In this document: in pieces, positions 57,808 through 64,000 of the stretch | Layout: every line of letters starts with the position of its first letter | Numbering within the stretch: position 1 is the stretch's first letter | From: a virus | Taxonomy: Duplodnaviria > Caudoviricetes | IMG/VR virus record: IMGVR_UViG_3300001580_000011 | Coordinates: 1-64,000 of that record | DNA: 64,000 bases | Direction: 5' to 3' (one strand) | Notes under the pieces: generated by a model | The model's database searches: none | What the model saw: only the letters and a program-made list of their open reading frames with translations | Told to the model about the DNA's origin: nothing | Program-made: the position numbers and the translations under genes

Positions 57808-58023
57808 ATGAGTATGTATACAGATACGAATTTTAAGACCAAGAAGGCTTTGAAAGAGGCAGTGGCCACTGGAAAGAAAATCGGATATTACCAGCCGGGG
57901 CCTTTTGGTGGTAATGAACCTAAAGACGGAACGATTTTTTTGGAAGGGCCGTGGTATCCTCAGCCCCATAACTGGTACGCTAAGGCTATAGTTAAAAACG
58001 GTATTATTGTGAAGGTTACTTAA
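57808..58023 (+). CDS. Conserved-looking phage protein
   Basis: NFKTKKALKEAV..G, EGP.YP.PH.WYA. Confidence 0.7.
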   Translation: MSMYTDTNFKTKKALKEAVATGKKIGYYQPGPFGGNEPKDGTIFLEGPWYPQPHNWYAKAIVKNGIIVKVT

Positions 58024-58048
58024 TTTTTTAAAAAATTAAGTAACCTTT

Positions 58049-58056
58049 TATAAATA
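58049..58056 (+). promoter_or_regulatory. T4-type late promoter TATAAATA
   Basis: Exact consensus at start of ORF-free region. Confidence 0.6.
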
Positions 58057-58061
58057 AATAT

Positions 58062-58486
58062 GTAGGAAAGAAATTTAAGCTTAGTACTACCAGAGCAGAT
58101 GAGATACCAGTGGTATCGTTCTTTTGAGACATCGTAAAGCCAAGCGTCAGGAACAGTAAGGGTTTTATAACTACAACAAGGCAGTTTGTAATACTGCCTG
58201 GTATTGGACCGTAAAAAAATTACGATAGTAGGACCATAGTTGAAAACAGAAAGCAGGTGATTAAGCCAGCAATCCTGTCGTAAACAGCAGTTTGTAACAC
58301 TGCTTGGTAATAGACCAAAAAGTTACGGTATAATTAGTCGAAAGCAGAAAGCAGGTGATTAAGCCAGCAATCCTGTAATAGACAAGGGTACAGCGACTAT
58401 ACCCCGTGAACCTTTGGTAGCAGTTAGACGATAATTAACTTCGTAATCCTGTGAAAAAAGACGAACGAAAATAGGACTATTTTCGT
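58062..58486 (+). ncRNA. Candidate structured ncRNA with internal ~100-nt duplication
   Basis: No convincing ORF; 32-bp exact repeat (58247, 58345); duplicated hairpins; closing stem 58087-95/58412-20. Confidence 0.5.
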
Positions 58487-58508
58487 GCAATATAAACAAG
58501 GTGTATAT

Positions 58509-58715
58509 ATGAAGCAAGCTACCTGGGTTAAATGTAATGGAGAGGCACATGGCAATCCGTATATCGACCATTGTATGATATGCATACCCTATTGGGGCGA
58601 ATATCCGATTTGTCCGTATTGCAATTCTACGCACCTAGGTAATGGTGTCACTAGAACCAAGTGCAAGAAATGTGGTAAAATGGTAAGTATGAAACGGGAT
58701 ATCGTCCCTATATAG
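58509..58715 (+). CDS. Zinc-finger protein
   Basis: Multiple CxxC; AAGGTG RBS. Confidence 0.6.
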   Translation: MKQATWVKCNGEAHGNPYIDHCMICIPYWGEYPICPYCNSTHLGNGVTRTKCKKCGKMVSMKRDIVPI

Positions 58716-58735
58716 CGTCAAAATTTTGACGCTAT
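58712..58735. repeat. Perfect 24-bp palindrome (operator-like)
   Basis: ATAGCGTCAAAATTTTGACGCTAT. Confidence 0.85.
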
Positions 58736-58804
58736 TGGTATTTCGAGGTCATAACCGTATATGAAAAATCTTGCAACTATTTGATTATATTGAGAAACAT
58801 TTTT

Positions 58805-58834
58805 GTTTACATTCCCTGCCGGATATGATATACT
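58805..58834 (+). promoter_or_regulatory. Early-type promoter
   Basis: GTTTACA-N17-TATACT with TG; IHF-like site 58774-58786. Confidence 0.75.
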
Positions 58835-58864
58835 ATAGGTATAGACAATCGGAAAGGAAAAAGA

Positions 58865-59194
58865 TTGAGAGTACAGGCCCCCCGTTATAGAGTAATCACG
58901 AATTTGGTTGAAATCGCTCAGATTCTTGCCTCAACCCGTAGGATTATTGAAAATAGTAATGGTGACTTGAACGCAATGGCTATTGTATCCAATCTTGGAA
59001 TGATTGCCGAGGATTTGACTGATTTAGGTCAGACCATTGCCGCCAATCACGTTGCTACCGCCGGAAAGATTCTTTTTTCATATCCCATGTATCGTAACAA
59101 TCATATCGTTGACCGTGAAACCCTGATTCAGATTATGGGTAACATTTCCAGCGCCATCATTTTTATCACCGATCATCGTTTTTATCACCGATAA
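58865..59194 (+). CDS. Hypothetical protein
   Basis: AAGGA RBS, TTG start. Confidence 0.55.
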   Translation: MRVQAPRYRVITNLVEIAQILASTRRIIENSNGDLNAMAIVSNLGMIAEDLTDLGQTIAANHVATAGKILFSYPMYRNNHIVDRETLIQIMGNISSAIIFITDHRFYHR

Positions 59195-59224
59195 CCCTAC
59201 CCGATAACATATAGGAGATTTAAT

Positions 59225-59626
59225 ATGTTTGGAAAGAAAAATACTACCGACGGTTTAACTTACAATTTTAATACCAACGGCAAGCTTGAGATTCAGCTCA
59301 AGACTAAAAACCGTATGGGTGACAAGACCAAAACCAAGTGGATGCCTGCCACGCCTAACGTGTTCCGGTCTTTCCATGGCAAGCGTAGGGTAAACGGTGT
59401 AAACTTCAAGGGGCAGGTGTTCTGCTTTATGACCAACGCCAAGTACGGTATTGACGCCTTTATGGACGGCTATAAAACAGCCCCTGTAAAGTCCCGTATA
59501 CCCGAAAAGAAGCCCCTTTCCATCCAGATTGTGAAGAAGGGAAATTCCAATGGTTATACCATGGCTGCCATTACCGATTTTTCTACCGGTAAAACTACAG
59601 TGAAGTTTCGCCCTTTTGGGAAGTAA
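59225..59626 (+). CDS. Basic hypothetical protein
   Basis: AGGAG RBS. Confidence 0.65.
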   Translation: MFGKKNTTDGLTYNFNTNGKLEIQLKTKNRMGDKTKTKWMPATPNVFRSFHGKRRVNGVNFKGQVFCFMTNAKYGIDAFMDGYKTAPVKSRIPEKKPLSIQIVKKGNSNGYTMAAITDFSTGKTTVKFRPFGK

Positions 59627-59772
59627 CAGCTCCCTTATATAACATATGTTGTATGTGTGGACATATCAGATTATTATATAGCCACCATATGACAATCCTC
59701 GGAGAGCTGTGTGATTATTGTGTAATAGAGTTGGAAACAAAAAAATTATAACAACAAAAGGAGATTTACCAG

Positions 59773-59994
59773 ATGAAGAAGACAGCAAAGCCCGCAACAG
59801 ACACCAAGGCCCCCGCCAAGGCAACCGCAAAGAAGCCTGAGGCGCCCAAGACCGTTACCGGCACCCTCAAGTATAACAAGGACACCAAGCGCTTCCACGC
59901 ATACGATATCAAGGGTGGAACCTTCAATGGTGCCGTGTATTTCGAGAAGGATGGCGATATCCCTAAGACCATTACCCTGACCATCGTTTCGTAA
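59773..59994 (+). CDS. Small basic protein with PAK-rich tail, possibly DNA-binding
   Basis: AAGGAG RBS; strongly biased codons. Confidence 0.7.
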   Translation: MKKTAKPATDTKAPAKATAKKPEAPKTVTGTLKYNKDTKRFHAYDIKGGTFNGAVYFEKDGDIPKTITLTIVS

Positions 59995-60241
59995 TACGAA
60001 ACCTATATGATACCCTATGCAAGATCGGCGGTGTCTTTTGATGCCTAACCGGGGCTGTACAGGGTATCATATAAATATAATTATACTGTATCGGAAGGGG
60101 GTGATTATCTTCTACACTGAATAACAGTTAGACCATATTTAGATTGTATTAGAATGAATTAAAATGACTATCGAAGGACTAAAGAAACCAATGAAGTAAG
60201 ACTGTTACACTATTAACTTAAATTGATATTAGGGTTATTAT

Positions 60242-60291
60242 AAACCCCTATCCCACAGGTCTTCGGATGTCTGGCAGATAGGGGTTTTTTT
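60242..60291 (+). terminator. Rho-independent terminator
   Basis: AAACCCCTATC...GATAGGGGTTT plus T run. Confidence 0.7.
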
Positions 60292-60376
60292 ATGCCCATC
60301 AATTCAATCGAAAAATTTATAACTAGGAAATTCCCATATAAGGGGTATTATGTCCCCAATATGTCCCCTTACACTA

Positions 60377-60468
60377 TAGTGTCACCTTACAAAACCTTAC
60401 ATAGTGTCACCTTACAAAACCTTACACTACAGTATATAGCAAGGTGAAAAAAGGTGAAAAAAGGTGAA
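60377..60468 (+). repeat. 25-bp tandem repeat x2 and AAGGTGAAAA x3
   Basis: TAGTGTCACCTTACAAAACCTTACA x2; 10-bp unit at 60441-60468. Confidence 0.85.
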
Positions 60469-60499
60469 TTTAAGATATAAATATATGTAACTATTATGT

Positions 60500-60934
60500 T
60501 TGGAGGGTGACAAGGTGAGTAAATTGAATAGAGATAAGGTGTTTTATGAAGCAAAGATCGAGAATGTCCCTGTTGATGTTCTAGCAAAGAAATATTCAGT
60601 AACTCGTAAGTCAATATATCAAATCCTACAAGGCTTTGATAAGGATGATAAGGTAAGGATATTAAAGGTTGAGATTGAAAGATTAAAGGCTATGAATGAA
60701 AAACTCAATGTACATTCTTTATTGAGAACTGAAATTGAGAAGCTAAAAAGGGTGATAGACGATATATGGGTGAATAAAGGTGAAAAAAGGTTACAACCCG
60801 ATACCAAACCCAATAGAAATGGGGATAGAGAGGGTGACACTGATGTACCCTCAATCAAGGATATATTTGCAAATAGAAACGGTAATGGTATCAAGAGGGC
60901 CACTGATGAAGATTGTGGTGGTATATTCGAATAA
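60500..60934 (+). CDS. HTH plus coiled-coil protein
   Basis: LAKKYSVTRKSIYQIL helix-turn-helix; start may be GTG 60515. Confidence 0.65.
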   Translation: MEGDKVSKLNRDKVFYEAKIENVPVDVLAKKYSVTRKSIYQILQGFDKDDKVRILKVEIERLKAMNEKLNVHSLLRTEIEKLKRVIDDIWVNKGEKRLQPDTKPNRNGDREGDTDVPSIKDIFANRNGNGIKRATDEDCGGIFE

Positions 60935-61220
60935 TGAAAGAAACCACCACCTTTCAATACTCCAAAGAATGTATACCGGTATATGTACTATATGATATAA
61001 TACCCTGTATATACAGGTACTTAAGTACTATGTACATCCGATGTAACATATGGTATAATGAATGTATAAAATAAGGTTAACCTACATATAATGTAGGCCT
61101 ATGGGTCTACATTATTTGGAAATAATAATTAATTATAAATTAATTATTACATTATTTGGAAATACCCTAAAAACGGGTTAACCCTTATGAAAACAGGTGC
61201 TGAAATTGCAGGAATTAGCT

Positions 61221-61435
61221 TAGATATGCACTTGCTTATTCAATTACAGGGAGTTATCAGCTTATAATTGCAACTATGCACTTGCTTATTCAATTACAGG
61301 GAGTTATCAGCTTATAATTGCAACGTTGCACTATTACAGGTAGATATGCACTTGCTTATTCAATTACAGGTAGATATGCACTTGCTTATTCAATAGTTAT
61401 CAGCTTATTTAATTACAACGTTGCACTATTACAGG
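61221..61435. repeat. Modular 10-bp-phased repeat field (possible origin/packaging site)
   Basis: TATGCACTTGCTTATTCAAT at 61225, 61275, 61345, 61375; other modules recur. Confidence 0.85.
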
Positions 61436-61487
61436 TGGTTATAAAAAAATTGCTGGGCCGGGAAAATATATTATAGGGGAGATTAAT

Positions 61488-61685
61488 ATGTCTGTAAGAA
61501 CAAAAAACCGTATTATAGGATGGTGTTTGATCGGTATTCCAATCCTGATCGTAACAATTCTTCTAATGATTGAATTTGGATCTGTACCGGTATTACAATT
61601 CATAGCTGGATTTGGTGCTATCGTAATAGGTATTACGATGGTTGCTGTAGGTATATTATATATATCGGGAGAGTATGATAAATGA
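61488..61685 (+). CDS. 2-TM membrane protein
   Basis: GGGGAG RBS; two TM helices. Confidence 0.7.
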   Translation: MSVRTKNRIIGWCLIGIPILIVTILLMIEFGSVPVLQFIAGFGAIVIGITMVAVGILYISGEYDK

Positions 61686-62014
61686 AAAGAGTGTTATCTG
61701 TAATCGTGGTAACGTGTTTCCTGTTTACGATGGTAGGGTGCGGGTCGAACAAAAATATTCCCATTAAAGACAAGGAAGGAAAGTATCGGACTTATACGTT
61801 TCAGCAGGTTGGGCTGTTCAATCAGGAAAAGAAAAACCCCCAAGTCGAATATAGTGTGATCGTTGGTAACGTGATTTGGGCAGTTATTCTCTGTGAGACT
61901 GTTATTGCACCTGTTGTTATTTTCGGTTGGTATCTGTATGAACCGATTGGTACATCTGTTGAAGGTGTGCCTGGTGCTGTGGAGCCTCCACAGCATGCTG
62001 TGGAGGATAGATAA
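61682..62014 (+). CDS. Lipoprotein with a TM segment
   Basis: MVGC lipobox; GNVIW..IL.ET...P. Confidence 0.7.
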   Translation: MKRVLSVIVVTCFLFTMVGCGSNKNIPIKDKEGKYRTYTFQQVGLFNQEKKNPQVEYSVIVGNVIWAVILCETVIAPVVIFGWYLYEPIGTSVEGVPGAVEPPQHAVEDR

Positions 62015-62087
62015 TGTTGGAATGGTTGTTGATAGCTATTGTAATATTGGTTATACTGATATTATATTTGGATAATCGGATAAACAA

Positions 62088-62282
62088 ATGAAAAGATATT
62101 TTATTCCCGATAAACACGGTGTACCGTGGACGGATGCTTTTCGTGAGGATATGGATCGACAGGGATGGAAGGCGGAGATTATAAGTGAGTATCATTTCGA
62201 TACTTTCGATATATATCGTACGGAAGAAAGTAAAAAAAAGTATAAGACGATTGGAGTGTTAATAAAAAATGTGGTAAAATAA
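62088..62282 (+). CDS. Hypothetical protein
   Basis: ORF. Confidence 0.5.
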   Translation: MKRYFIPDKHGVPWTDAFREDMDRQGWKAEIISEYHFDTFDIYRTEESKKKYKTIGVLIKNVVK

Positions 62283-62394
62283 TTGTAGAGGAAATTCGAA
62301 TAATAGACGATAATAGAGAAATGAAAAGAGAATTATATATAAAGCTTGTTTCTTGTAGTGTATTTATTGTGCTTGGTTTCTTTGATCGTAAACA

Positions 62395-62826
62395 ATGAGT
62401 TGTTTGAAAAATAAAAAATTGCCGGCGGCGGGAAATTTTGAAAATGGGGAGTTTACGCTTTTTATGAAAAAGAATTTGAAAATAGCATGGATATCGAAAT
62501 CTGTCGATAGTGTAGTGTTTCGGATTATTGAACAATCTCACCGGAACGATGATTTTTCAAATCTGTTGGAAACGGAGCCGAATGAATATCTTTGCCCGGA
62601 TACGAAGTTAAGGATTATTTCCTGTAGTATGCCTGAGTGGGATACGATTGGAAAAATCCTTTTTGTTCGAGGTTCAGATAGACGACATGACAATGATGAA
62701 ATGTTGGTTTCTGTAAAAGAATTCGAAAAAATTGAAAAAGCGGTGGAGAATTACAATCGAGAACATAATGGGTTTGAACCGTTAAAAATAGATTGTTTAC
62801 AGGACGATCTTTTTATAATAGAATAA
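62395..62826 (+). CDS. Hypothetical protein with QDDLFIIE tag; paralogue of 48471
   Basis: IIEQSHR, FVRGS; start may be later (MKKNLK). Confidence 0.6.
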   Translation: MSCLKNKKLPAAGNFENGEFTLFMKKNLKIAWISKSVDSVVFRIIEQSHRNDDFSNLLETEPNEYLCPDTKLRIISCSMPEWDTIGKILFVRGSDRRHDNDEMLVSVKEFEKIEKAVENYNREHNGFEPLKIDCLQDDLFIIE

Positions 62827-62832
62827 AAGAGA

Positions 62833-63147
62833 ATGGTTTCGTCTTTCGGGGCTATCTCTGTTGGTGCGAAAAAGACGACAATAGGTGGTTTTCTCGTGGA
62901 AAAAAAGACATATATAGTGAAATATATAGGAAATCGTATGGGCGATATAATGACTTCGAAATGGACCGGTAGTCTTTTTCTGGTGACGGACGGGGGAGCT
63001 TCATGGAATATTGTAGACGTTCTCCATTATGAAAACCCGTTCGAACTGGACCGCCAGGGGGACAACTCGTTTTTTAAATTCAATGCAGAAGTCGTTCAAG
63101 GTTATACGATGGTTGAATTGGAAGACGATTTATTTAAATTGGAATAA
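62833..63147 (+). CDS. Hypothetical protein with EDDLFKLE tag
   Basis: VKYIG motif; start uncertain. Confidence 0.55.
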   Translation: MVSSFGAISVGAKKTTIGGFLVEKKTYIVKYIGNRMGDIMTSKWTGSLFLVTDGGASWNIVDVLHYENPFELDRQGDNSFFKFNAEVVQGYTMVELEDDLFKLE

Positions 63148-63243
63148 TATATGGAAACGTTTATTTTTTTATTTTTATCGGCAGCGGCAATTATAACCGT
63201 TATTATCTGTATGTTTTTTGACGAATAGAAGGGAACGGATATT

Positions 63244-63453
63244 ATGGTAAGAATATGTGAAAGAGTGAATAGTTGTCGCGTGGGCGATAATTGTCCAATT
63301 GGTGCTGGGTCTCGACATGAATGTGCCGGAACTCCGTTTTTTTGTGATGTAATATATGCACGAGTATCCTGTATTATCGCTCCCGATAAATTAAAAAAAG
63401 AACCTATATTCGGTAACGATGAATATCTTAAACGAATGGGAATAGTAGAATAA
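63244..63453 (+). CDS. Cys-rich protein with GNDEYLKRMGI tag
   Basis: ORF. Confidence 0.6.
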   Translation: MVRICERVNSCRVGDNCPIGAGSRHECAGTPFFCDVIYARVSCIIAPDKLKKEPIFGNDEYLKRMGIVE

Positions 63454-63455
63454 TC

Positions 63456-63737
63456 ATGACGAAAAAGTTTATTATAAGATACAAATATAGTCCTACCGAT
63501 TTAATTTTTATTTGTACGAAGCAAATCAGAACGGAAATGGACCTTTATCGTAAAAAAACAGTGGAGATTTGGAAATATTGTGTTGAAAGGGAAATAACTC
63601 CCGGCTATGAAGGCAGTACGCGATATAGCAATGTAGAATTTAGATTGAACGATACATTATGTACCGTCGAACCCTATAAAAAAAATGCAATTGACGATTT
63701 CTATCAAGACGATTATTTGAGAAGGATCGGTCTATGA
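63456..63737 (+). CDS. Hypothetical protein with QDDYLRRIGL tag
   Basis: ORF, coupled. Confidence 0.6.
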   Translation: MTKKFIIRYKYSPTDLIFICTKQIRTEMDLYRKKTVEIWKYCVEREITPGYEGSTRYSNVEFRLNDTLCTVEPYKKNAIDDFYQDDYLRRIGL

Positions 63738-63991
63738 AATATCTTGTAATTTATAACTGGAAAATCCATAACGATAGAAAATCTCTTTTCATTTGTGTTA
63801 AAAAAAATAATTGTTTTATTATCGAAGACGATATAACGCCGGATGGAAATAATTATTATGGTGGACAGGGAAATCGTTTTGTCGGCCATAAAATTAATGA
63901 TTTTTCAGAGTATATTGTAGCAGTAGAGAAATATAATGAAATTAAATGGGAACTGGATGAAGATAATTATTTGAGAAGGATTGGCTTATAA
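63734..63991 (+). CDS. Hypothetical protein with EDNYLRRIGL tag
   Basis: ATGA coupling. Confidence 0.6.
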   Translation: MKYLVIYNWKIHNDRKSLFICVKKNNCFIIEDDITPDGNNYYGGQGNRFVGHKINDFSEYIVAVEKYNEIKWELDEDNYLRRIGL

Positions 63992-64000
63992 TGAGAGAAT

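Noticed and set aside
58095-58125. Hammerhead ribozyme
   Set aside because: CAGATGA-stem resembles CUGAUGA but the required GAAA after stem II is absent
58178-58376. Diversity-generating retroelement TR/VR pair
   Set aside because: Differences are not adenine-specific, neither copy is in a gene, and no reverse transcriptase is in the window
61221-61435. CRISPR array
   Set aside because: Sequences between repeats are themselves repeated modules, not unique spacers
1-64000. Stop-codon reassignment
   Set aside because: Core genes are full length in the standard code, and TAA, TAG and TGA all end coupled genes

Overview
AT-rich fragment of a large T4-like (Tevenvirinae-style gene set) contractile-tailed phage, read in the standard genetic code. 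0.6-15.8 kb: tail tube/baseplate module (three gp19-like paralogues, gp26, gp51, tape measure, gp48, gp53, gp27, gp5, PAAR, gp25, gp6, gp7-like). 16.2-23.1 kb: gp55 late sigma, gp47/gp46, UvsX, with an NDP-sugar epimerase inserted. 23.6-25.7 kb: a promoter-driven array of four Y-RNA-like modules (one carrying a circularly permuted tRNA-like domain) directly upstream of a Ro60/TROVE gene. 29.8-45.4 kb (minus strand): a ~12 kb glycan cluster (NeuB, NeuA, Maf-like transferase, GT2/GT4/GT-A enzymes, acetyltransferases, aminotransferases, radical SAM, methyltransferase), dCMP deaminase and an RlaP-like nucleotidyltransferase. 45.7-64 kb: many small ORFs behind GTTTACA-N17-TATAAT promoters, a GGQ peptidyl-tRNA hydrolase, a late-promoter non-coding region with an internal duplication (~58.05-58.49 kb) and a modular 10-bp repeat field (~61.2-61.4 kb). 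Best candidates for new biology: (1) the modular four-unit Y-RNA array plus Ro60; (2) three short terminal peptide tags (N-terminal MF[DEN]D[IL], C-terminal [DE]LFE[IV], C-terminal D[DEN]Y[LI][KR]R[IM]G) shared by about 19 mostly unrelated small proteins and apparently swappable; (3) the 58-kb duplicated structured RNA; (4) a late-promoter-linked nonulosonic-acid glycosylation pathway. All calls come from motifs read by eye; no searches or folding programs were run.
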